DNA of 64,000 nt from Balanoglossus misakiensis (lineage: Eukaryota > Animalia > Hemichordata), in contig CM082589.2 of the NCBI GenBank assembly GCA_040954595.2, positions 4,292,213 through 4,356,212 on the forward strand, given 5' to 3'. The translations under genes and the position numbers were made by a program. The notes under the pieces were generated by a model, which was not told the DNA's origin, searched no databases, and saw only the letters and a program-made list of their open reading frames with translations. Of this stretch, positions 28,301 to 40,300 are shown one piece after another (position 1 is the first letter of the stretch; each line of letters opens with the position of its first letter).

Positions 28301-31300
28301 CAAATATCAATTGATAAAACATTCCTGTGACTTATGTAGCTGTACATGACAACACATGAAACTGATGAATCCAGAGAAATTCACTCTGATTTTTAAATGA
28401 TGACAGGTGCTGCATTAGGTACAAGTCTCTCCAATGCCGGTGTTAAAGATGATAGGAGTTCTTACGAGGGTAATTGTTGATTCTGTTTTAGTTTCCTGGT
28501 AGTTTGTTGTACTATGTCTGGTATTTTATCACACATTACTACAGAGTGATATTTTGTTAATCTTGTCATTTTAACTTTTTTGGTAACGTTAACTTTGCGT
28601 TGACAATGACAAAACAATAACAAACTATTACCTTCACATTTTTAACCCTTAATATACAGTATACAAAGACTTGTTGAGTAGGAAGCCAGCAGAATCGACC
28701 AATGACAAACAGAGTAAATATCGCCTACCCTGACTGTGTGTGAAGTGTCCTTGCCTATCCATGCACCAAATAATTCATGCATATCACTGCACATAAACAT
28801 CAACTGTTCATCTGAAAATCCCAACTTGCATTCCATCAATCCTTACACTCACCATCTGCTTGTCAACCACTGCTTTCTTTCTTGTGTACTTTGCCTTTTC
28901 ACTGAAATACACTGACAATGCATGTGTTGTAGGAGATAGAGTTTTGTGTAGCTCAGCGTACTAATGTCTGTACTAACTGTACTGTACTAACTTATAATCG
29001 TGTAGCATTCTGGACGGAAAAATTGAAACAACACAGACAAAAGAAGGGTAAACAATTCACATCTATTGTATTAATGCAATAACGATTTCAAGCTGTTCAA
29101 GTCTGTGGACTGTCTGATATGTACGTGTTTGTGTTTGTATGGAAATTTTCTTTTGTGTCTTTGAGCTGTTGTGACATCTCTCCAAGTGTTTTGTTTGTGT
29201 TTGATTATGTTATGATATGAGTATGTGTGTATGTATGTACATGTATGTATGTACAGTCTATGTATGTGTGTATGTATGTGTGTATGTATGTACGTGTATG
29301 TACAGTCCCGTACCATTCACATTTCATTGCTGTCACCTCCACACATTTGTTCACTCACAATCGACCTGTTTTGAGACCCCTTTGGAAACAAACCCCTACA
29401 TCTTAACCAAGCATGAAATATCCATCATACAGTAATGTATGGCAGGAAGGGTAAACCAGCTTTGAATCATGACACAAACAATAGCTAGGGTGCAAGTGTA
29501 ATTGTATCAGATTGACATTGCATCTTTCAACACAGTTGTGCATGCACTGGGGCCAATACACACATCTGCATGGTGTTGGCAATTTTTACAATCTTTAATA
29601 GTTAATGCATGGTGTTAGTTGACTTGACTTTCCAGTTAATCATCAGACCTAAAGAAAAATCGTTTTTTAAAATGTTCAGCTGTATTGCCATGTTCCAAGT
29701 TGAATCTAACCTTTACACCCCTATTTCACTGTAAATGGGTTCAGCTACTCCGTCTAGAACACTCGGTTTGTACCAAAATTGTGGCAGTGAAGGGTTAAAC
29801 TGCTGACCATTCATAGTACCGTAGTCACAGTTCTACAAACTTGGAACAAGGACATCAGCTGTTCTGACACTGGTGTAAGGTTTGATCCTATATAGTGCAA
29901 GGTTTGGGTTCCTTGATGAAGGTTAAAAACTGAATGTAATACACAGCCAATCAGAAGCAAGCTTTAAACAGGTGCACACATGAATATGTGAATTTTTGCG
30001 TTCAAAAGTTGACTCGTTTGACAAAACTTTAAACTTGGAAAAAGTTATTTGAGAGAAATTGCTGAGTCTCTGGGAATACCTGTACAAGGTAACCAGGTGC
30101 AAAGTCTCTGATTGGCTGGTATTACTTAGTTCAGGGTCTGGGTGAACCAATGAGCATGTAGTAGCATCCGGCCCCAGTCGTTGATTTGAGCGAGTCTTCT
30201 TCCACTCAGCACCGTTGCCCATGTGGTTACAAAGTAGTGCAAGCCCTGCACCCCCGGCCAGCATAACAGCACTGCAGCAGCAGCAACAACAACTGCAAGC
30301 ACAGCAGCAACTCTTCCAACAAAGTAAGCAATGAAGGGGGACCGGTCAGAAGACACTGATATCCATGCAACCCTGGTATTCAGTCATGTATTGATGGAGA
30401 GCTACATCTTACAAGTTACATGTATATGGTCTTACGCGAAGATTAATCATAAATATGCCACTCAGTTGCTCTCTAGATAATTGATGATATGTCATGCTTG
30501 GATTCATATTGAAATTATTTTGGAGCCTTCTGAAACAAAAAAAGTTCAGAAATAAGGAGAACACACTCATTATTTTACTCTGATGTTATTATGTATCTCT
30601 CTGTTCAGATCTATAATTGTATAAGTGTATATTGATGTTTTTCAATGTTTTATTATCAAATTTATATTTTTTGTAGACCATGTTGGTGAATGTTGTCTGC
30701 ACGCACGCACTCACACACATACATACATACATACATACATACAGACAACCAAAGTTTTCATCTCATCAACTGATATTGATGACTGAAACAGAGCTGTGTT
30801 CTGATTCTAGACGGACCCGTCGTAACCGGACCGCACGGCGTCCCTCCGATTTACACCAAGGGCCCCGTGGTGGCAAATGGCGTGGTCTACCCGGCCGGCA
30901 CGCTTCCGGGCGTCCTACCCATGGTGCCTGCCGGGTCCGCAGCCGGCGGCGGGGTGGCCGGGGTCAGTGGAAGTATCTATGCACCGAGGGGACCGGAATT
31001 CTCCAAACAAGAGTAAGTCATCAGTGTAGTTGTTACTGAGTTTGATAGAATCTCACACTCCTGGCCAGTGGGAGTATGTGATCAACTGTGTAGGATAAAT
31101 CGATCCCACACTCTAGCAGAATTGAAAGTGTTATATGACACGAGCGCTGATTGGATGATAAACGTCAGCTTTGATAAGACAATTTCCTTATGGAAGGAGT
31201 CTATGTTAGGTACATGTGTAGGAATGGTTTACGTTATCGAATTAGACAGTCACTGCTGGTTGACTAACACTAGAGAAGATGATGGTTTCATTAAGGTTAA

Positions 31301-34300
31301 TTAAGTGTTGATAATGTTTGGTTGTTTTCTTGTCACAGTACTGCTGCACTCAGGGGTGATAGCTCCATTCTCAACTATGTTGGCGATGAGAACCTGAGCC
31401 CAAGAAACAAGAAAATTGATCACAGAAGTTACCAGCAGGAGTTGTTGGAACAGGTAAGTCTAGGGCCCACTCCAGCAAATGCAAGATATAGTGAAGGATT
31501 TTTAGTACACAATGCTTACAATCAGTTGTAAATGCTCATTCTACAGATGAAAGAAAATGACTACAAGAAGAGGAAGGCCAAAGAAGAGGAGGAGCGCTAC
31601 AACATGAAGCTGGAAGCGGAGGCCCGTGACTACAACCCCTGGGGGAAGGGGGGAGGGGGAGCCCCCATGAAGGATGTCCAAGGCAACGTTGTAGGTAAGG
31701 AGTTCACTTCACTGTCCATCCCTGCCCTGGGACACCAGATTTTAATCAGATTGACGACACACACAGCACCACATGATGTACATGTAGAAATGCACAACAC
31801 ACACAGAACATGTCTTCTGTCGGTTATCTCAACATTGTTGAATTCAATCCACAGCTGATCTGCGACATCTGCATGGCTACAACGAGGAAAGCCTACTTGA
31901 CCCCAGCAAGAAACAGTTGTACTCGAAAATCTCCCCGGATCCATCCCCTAGACCATGTAAGTACCATGGCCAGCAGTTTTGATCTAGTGTGTCGATAATT
32001 TATTGCATGATCTGAAATTGTGAGGATGAGAGCTGGTGCTTATGGCTGCTTCTCTCTCTAACAAGAACACTGTAATGTTCACATGTATCATAGCAATTTA
32101 TTTTCATGTAGCTAGTTTCATAGTCACATATACATGTTATTAGATATCAGTAGTATACACACACTTACATTAGTTTAAAAAAATAGAACATGAACCATTC
32201 TGATTATCTCTAAGGTGCACTTTACTGTAGTGTCACATCAAAACTGTAAATTGCATCCCGATCTTATATTCAGCATCCATCCCTGAGTCCCATTCACACC
32301 TGTTGTCAACAAAATTCATAATGACAGTTGTGGACATCCTTAACTCTCACCATCATGCCCTGTCTATAGACTTGTGACCTAAAAACATCATGCAAAATGG
32401 TGACCTGAGCAAATATCGAGTTATCACACAGACAGGAAAATTTGGTTGACAACAGGTGTGAACTTTGCATATACCACCTGGGCCATTCTAATCTCCACTG
32501 CCTTCATGTTGTCCTGTCCTTTGTATCCCCCCAAACTATTAAGCCAACAAGCAAGGCGGTAATGTACAACCAACATCAGACCAACCACCAGGTCTGCAGC
32601 TTGCAGGTAACTATGGCGACCACGGCTCATAAGGAGAACGGTGTCACTACAAACATTACAATAGTATAATTATAATGGTGTCTGAGTTATCAAGGCATGC
32701 AGGAAATAAAGGAGTTTGTTACCCCTTACCTCATGGGTCTTTATTCTACAAAACATACATCAATGCCTTGTCAACTCAGTAGTAAAGCCAAATTTTGTCT
32801 GTGTAACTAATATTAACTAGTAAATTTTACTAATGCTATGCTTTGCTGCACATTAAACACAATGTTAACCATTACTGATGTTTTGAGTGGTAGTACTGTA
32901 CTCTATTTAGGAAGTCATAGTCTGTGTGTGTGTTCATAATGACAAATTATACCTACAAGCTACCATGTTATGGCAAAATTTTCATCATAGTGGAAAATTT
33001 CCGTTTCAAGTTCTACTATGTGATCAGAAATTCATTATTCACAAATGCAATTTTACCTACATTATTCCCTGTTGTTGACTATGATTTAGTTTTCCTCTGT
33101 GATGTGGTGGCTTGTTATAGACAAGACTGTATACTCACTCTTCCCTAGCTGTTGTTTCTTAGAGGTGTATGCATGTATTTGTGACGTGGGGTATAAGCAC
33201 ATGTACATTTGATGACACTAAATTGCTGTCAATCTGAATTCTGAACAGTGCCTCTGTCTGTACAGCATGTCTGTGTTGTCAGACAGAGGGGTCGGCCATC
33301 TCTGAAATGATAGTGCTCAGAGCAAGAGTGTCTCAAATATATGAATGGTTTAAAACAGTCGTTTGTTGTAATTGCTTTCCTCGTTGTAGCCGCATTTGCT
33401 GATGACAGCAAGCCGACGTACGGTCGGGGTAAAATCTTCAACGACGACCCAGAACAAGTGGCCCAGCAGAAGACGGCTCAAGATGCGTACAAGGACTTCC
33501 TCCAACGCCAGGTAAAAGGGACATCAGCTGTAACTTTATTTTCAGTATTTTTGTTCAGTGTACAAAATGGAATTTCTTGTTCTACTACAAACAGCATACT
33601 AATATACCCGGCTTGTCAACATAGCCTGTATGTCTGAAACTGTCGTTGTTATTGTTGACAATTAAATTTTTTGTCCGGATTTGAATTCAATTTGTCGATA
33701 ATCCCCCCGAAGGTGGAAGAGAAGAAACGCAGAGATGCTGAGGAGAAGGAAAAACTGCGTCTTGAGGAAGAGAGAGAGGCCAAGCGATTGGAGGATCAGA
33801 GAAAACAGATGCAGAAAGAGTTTGAAGAGGAGCAGGAGAAAGCCAGGCGAAAGGAAGAAGAGGTGAGTTAATGACCTTTGACCCCATACCCCTTGCCAAG
33901 TACGAGTACAGTCGAACCTGTCTATAGTGGCCAGTCACCTAAAATGGTCTTTATAGACAGGTGACCTTTATAGATAGGTCAAATTGCACAGGGACTGTAT
34001 CAAAATGGCCACTATATAGAGGTGCCTGCTATATAGAGATTTACACAGGTTTGACTGTAATATTGTATTTGTCTCTTTCTCTTCGTCCAGGCGCGTCTTC
34101 GAAATGAGGAGATCGCCCGACACGCGGAGGAAAATAAGCGAGAAGCGGAAAGACTGAGACGAGAGGAAGAGGACAGAAAGAGTGAAGAGATGAGACGGTT
34201 GGAGGAGGAAGAACGACTCAGAAGACAGGGAGAGGTGAGAGTTTCAGTTTGTTTTGTCACAGTTGGAAAATGTACGTGCTATGAAGTGTCCAGACTTGAT

Positions 34301-37300
34301 TTGGCTAGTTTGTAGCAGTTCGGTTCGCGTCTAATCTTTTCTCTATTTTCTTTGCGTCTGCAGACAGCAAACAGGGTCGCGTCACCGCCTATACCTACCT
34401 TGAGGAAAAAGGTAAGAACGTCTTCTACAAAATTATTCGACAAGACTCTTTGTAATGCATGTGGCCAAGTGTTGATTCTTGAACAAATTATTCAAATTTG
34501 AATTTTGTAATCTGAGATCTCCTTTTGAGAATGGGATTTTCTTTCCACAAGTATTGGAATTGCGAGTGTGGTACCTGAGCAAATTTCCATTTGATATATC
34601 ACACACAAAAGCAGGAGCCTTCTCTTTGGAAACATTGTAGCATTTACTGCTACTGTCACTCGGAACTGCCTAATTACGTACTTACTTAGTGCATGGTGTT
34701 CATTGCTCATTCATTTTGTGCGTGGTTGAACCCCAGGATGATAAGGACAAACCCCAGACCCCAGCCCAAACCCAACAACCCCCACAGAACCTTGACGATA
34801 GACCCATTCAACCTGGCAAGGTAGGCATATCATCACCCGTTCAACCCAGATCACCTCTCTGACAGGAATCACCTTGCATCATAGCCTTGTTTATGCTCAC
34901 GTAATATAACTGGTCATATTCACTGCTTGAGTTTCCCTGCACATTGTTTATTGAGACTTGCAATGAATTGTTAAACTGTGGTCTGATTTGCTGGATGAAA
35001 AATGCACATTTACTAATGAGGCATGATTGTACATTTCACATGTCTACTGCAAAATGGTGAATTAGAGATTGCTGATTGATTTCACAATTATGTGACAAAT
35101 GAAATGAAGCAGCAGGCTGGAATTATGATACGTTACTACATAACTACATACATATTTCTTTTCTGATAAAGTACCATTTCTGTTAAATTTGTAAGAAATT
35201 AAAAAAAAACATCTTGCACAGCATGGGGGTAATTAGACACTTACAGTACTGAGTCACCTGTGGCATGTAGCATGATGCAATTTTATACATAATGACTAAG
35301 TATTAACTTAGCACCCAAATTTGCTTTTTGGAGCCACGATGAACACTATGTATGTGCACGGCAAAGATAGCCACAGTTGGTGTAATCACTAAAATCTGAA
35401 CGAGATATCACGCGCATAGAATGATGCAAGTTGTTTTTTATCAGAGGGTGACAACTACCTGTTTGTCATGAACTCTAAATTATTCCCAACTTTCTGTCTG
35501 ATCCTTTCAATATCTAATACCCCCTCTCCCTCCATCATCCCCTCATGTTATTAACAAAGATCCATCCCATCTTGTTCATCTGCATTCTTCATCTCCTCTG
35601 TCTAAGAGTGGTACTCTGCTTTGTGTTTTTTATTGTAACATGTTTTATAACTAAAACAATGTGTGATCCTAAACTGTTATGGTTGTTTGTTACCATAGCA
35701 GCCATTCTATTCTACACAGGACACCTAACAATCAAATTTTCCAGGGCATTTTCATGTAACTCACACTGAACCTAATGGCAACATAGTATTGGTTGAACTG
35801 CAAAATACCCCCAGACTACTTGTGTCATACATTTTCATTTCTGTTGCCCCTTGTGTGATGTGAATAGTGTGCAGTGTCGTGTGAAACTCAGTACTATGAA
35901 GTCATGTTTTATCCATGAGTCAATTTATTCAAAATTTTTAATCTAATTGTAACACTGGGCACTCACTTCTATAGGGAGACATCTACTCTCGACCTCTGTC
36001 CAAGGTAAGCTACAATGGGTGTGTATTAGATCTCAAACACATTAGGATTGACCTGTTTACTGATGACTAATGCAATTTGTTTAAAAGTTGATATCACTAA
36101 GAATACTTCGGTATACATGTATCTCTAACATACTGTTTTGGTGTGCGTACATACGTCTAGCAGAACAAGAAATATAACCTTATGTGCTACTGCCTCCAGA
36201 CATAAACATAAAGCGCTTGGTTCCTACATGCATATATTATTGTATTCAGTCTTTTAACCCTGCTTGGAAGGAAACTTCCAAATTGTGTGATAGTTCATCA
36301 AGGGGTTAGGAGTGAAAAGGTTAAAGTGTTGGTTTATGCCGTGAATTGTGAACATACAGGAGCTTGCCTTTCCCGTCTGCAACAAACAGGGTACAACATA
36401 CACATGGTGCAGTTGGTGTGGTTGGAAATGGTGTACCCATGTACTCAAAGTTCCTTCATGTTTTTGACAAATTATGTGCTAGTCAATTCACACCGTATAT
36501 GTGGTTATGTATTAGGAATCAGTCATACAATGTATGTCAGACTTGAGAACTGCGTAGCCATATTGACAGCTCATACAACGTAATAGTAATACCTAACCCC
36601 ACACACCCACACCACCCCCTTAACCCCTTGCATTGCCTTTCATTAAAACCACTTGCTTTATCCCATTGCCTGCATGCTGCGTTACATACACTCAGGAGAA
36701 TCCGAGGTACCAACCAAAACCCGCTGAGAAAAAATATGTACTGACGTCCAAGAAGGGAAACGCGAACCGCAGGTCTCAGTCCGACGTCACACAAGAGAGT
36801 CAGGATCTCGAAGGAGATCGCAAATCAGATCCGGGGGAGGCCCTGGAGGGAACCTGGAATTATCCGGGCAATCGGGGCAAAAGCAAACGGGAAAAGGTCC
36901 TTCCCAAGTCGTTCGGCGAGAAAGACGACATCTCGAAGAAACACGCGGAGCTGGACGCCCTGGATAAATTCCGGTATCCCCAGGACACGCCCGTCGAGTC
37001 GCCCCTCCTGCCTCGGCAGATCCCCTCGGCCAACGCCCGGCTGAGCCCCATGGAAAAACTGCGGTCCCATCCCCCCAAAGCTGATCAAACCTCCAAAAAT
37101 ACCCAGGATCCCCTGGATAAGGTCCGGGACCACCCGGATAGCGAGTCGGTCACGGAAGACGTGTGGCCTGATGAACAACCTGTGAGTCTAATCCGTCATT
37201 TTCCTGACAATTACAAGCCTATTAGTTCAGCCTCTAATTTATTTCTGTGTGTAATGCACCTGAATAGTGACAATCTGAATGCTGTTAGTGACAATTTGTA

Positions 37301-40300
37301 GATTTTTTTCACCAATAACATTAACAGTAGCTATTTAGTTGGTGTCTGGTAGAAACTGGAAACTTAACAGTGTGTGGCGAATTTCACCTCTAATCTGTTT
37401 GAATTTACACTTCTGGTATTTTCTAATGTAGACTGGTATATTAGTAACTCTGGCTTTTGGAAGCATGGCTGTACACTAGACTAATATTTTTACCTCTGCA
37501 TCAAACTAACACCCAGCCACTCACTACTCCTTCATGCATGTTTCTTCGTCTCCTCCAAAAACGCTGCCTGTCTGACACTGCAATAAAAACCCTGCCACGC
37601 ACCATGCCCACACAGGATCACTTTAACCTGGTCGACTGGCTGCGCAGCATCGACCCCGACATGGTGTTCTATGCCAAGAGATTTGCCAAGGCCGGCTACA
37701 AGTCGGTCAACACGCTGAAACGCCTCGATCGCGTGCTCGCGCTGCAAGTCTGCAACGACATGAAACTTGGACACCTCGAGGCTCTCATGTACGAAGTTGA
37801 TAAACTCAACGGCCAGGTAGATAGATGTCTTGGATGTTGTTGTCGTCTCCTAGTGTAGCTCATTGAGATGGGGTTCATTTTGTTCGACTCTTACACTCTT
37901 GAAACGAAAGGTCATTTGGTTTCACAGAATGTGGAGACCTGCCCCACTGGGCATCTGGGTGGTCACCCTCTGAACCGACCTCAAAATTGATGACTTTTTG
38001 ATTTTACTTTTACACAACAGACAAAACCGCCACCCAACCCTGCCGCAGCAGCCGAAGTAAGTTGTCACAAAAACAGGCAAACTTCTTGGTTTTGCTTGAT
38101 TGAATGCACTCAAATACAAACTTTCATTTTGAAGTACATGTACGTTCTTCCATTTTTGGTTAACATTTCATTTGAAGTGTGCAACGTTTACTTTTCATCA
38201 CAGCGGACTAGCTACATGTAACAGTACCAATCCCATTTCCACCCTCTTCTGTAGATTTTTAATAACATACACAATCTAGACAACCCTGGAGAGGTTTTCT
38301 CTGATTCAGGCAGCATTTTACTGGATCAAGTAAGCTACGTCGGCATACTGTGTTGTTCCTTGGTTGTGATGTGTGAAATTGTAGTACAGTCTACTGTAGT
38401 TTCCATCAGTTGAAATTGAAAAGTAATAGTAAAGTGGATAAGCCACATACTAATAGAATACTGTAGTGTCTTTCGATTGAGACTAATGAATTCATATATA
38501 TATTACTGATCTACTAACCAAGTTCATGAGGGAGCATGTGTTCCTATTAAACTTTGTGGGTAATCCCAAGATTACCGGATTCGCGTTTGTATTGTGTGCA
38601 TTTCATCGTAATTGACAACTTTAAAAATCAATGTATCATATTGATTGAAACTAAATTCATTGAAGCGTGCTTTTGAGACTAATACCCTAATTCATTCATC
38701 AAAAAAGTTGCAGCTGGTTATATTTTGTTTTTATATTCCTTCTAAATGCAAAGCATAACGTTGATTGGAGGCCAGTAGCACCAACAGTAAGGAGTTATAT
38801 CGGAAATCAATTTGTGTGTGGTTTATAAGTACCTGTGAACTTCAAGCGGTCATTATGATGTGAATAGCAAAAAAAAACAAACCTATACTACACTCTAATA
38901 CACTACTTTTCCAGAGTATGTGTTATGTGTGCCATGCACACGTCTAAGCTGCAGCTGGGCTGCAACACTAGCTAACACCAGGACTGCACCATCCTGTACT
39001 GGACAACAGTGTACTAATTGTCAATCTTTGAGTTCAGTCTCCATACTTTCCCACAGATCAGATGATGCATCTCACTGCACAGGAACAAGAATTTGCCTTT
39101 CTTTTCTCTCTACTGATACTAGTATTTGTCCACTGCATAGAGTTTACAAGTACACCGTAGAGTTTGAAGGCACTGTTCACCACTGTACTGGTAGACAAGC
39201 TCGACATGTATTGATATCACCGGACAAACCCAACATACACTCAGTTTTATAACTGAACACCCGACTTGTCACAGACTTCACTTCAGACTTTCTGTTCTAA
39301 ATGTGTAACCGTCTTGGCATCAAGTTGAATTTATCCAAATTGTTCATAAATTTTCCATTCCTTTCTTTTTTCACTTCAACAAGGATCAGAAAGAGGACAA
39401 TAGAGGAAAACAAGTAAGAAATGAAATAATGTCTCTTTAATTTCAGTGTATTGAAGTAATACTCCCAGTTTAATTATCAGAATAATTTAACTGCTTTCCT
39501 ATAAACAATAAAAAGCATGTGATCTCGCAAGAAACATTTCAGTTATGGATAACTAACAACAATCAAATTATTATACTTGCATGTGAGTAAAAACCTTGTA
39601 TTTAAAAAAAAATTATTATAAAGCTGGTGACAGTTATTGTAATTGACTAGTACACGTGATACTAAATACATATCTATTGGTCTACTGAGGTTCAAAGTAA
39701 CTAAGACGCTCTCTGTTCTTTTCCATCTTTAAAAAAGTCTCGGAGACCAAGGAGAGAAGCCCAACCTTCTGCCGTAAGCTAATATTAATTAGTCTGAATG
39801 TTGAAAATATGTCTGTGGCAGATATGCCTTGTTTTACTGTTCAGTTTATATGTGTTGTGTGCTGGTCTCTGCGGTTCCTGTGCTATGTACGTTTCTCACT
39901 TGTGTCTTGCTGTACTGTGCTGTTCTTTCCTGTAATGTGGTGTTCTGCAACGTACTGTGTTGTGCTGTTCCAACTGTAATGTGGAGTGCAGGGCAGTACA
40001 GCCTGCCCTTCACTGATTGGCCTGTGCATTGTCGTATTGTATGTATTTCACTGTACTGTAATTGTTCTATGCTGTTCTGTGTGTTGGTGTAGTGTAATTG
40101 TTTGTTTGTCATTTCAACATTGGCACTCGGATATCAAATACTGGCACTAACTTTGCTATTTTGTTTTTGTTCTGACATGCTGCTTGTTAACAGTTAAGTG
40201 CCAGTCCTGTAAGTAATCAGATTCATAGAAATATACATTTTCTTTAAGAATTCTAAGTGAAGCCCTTGAAATTCCTTTTAATGGTACTAACATGATCAAA

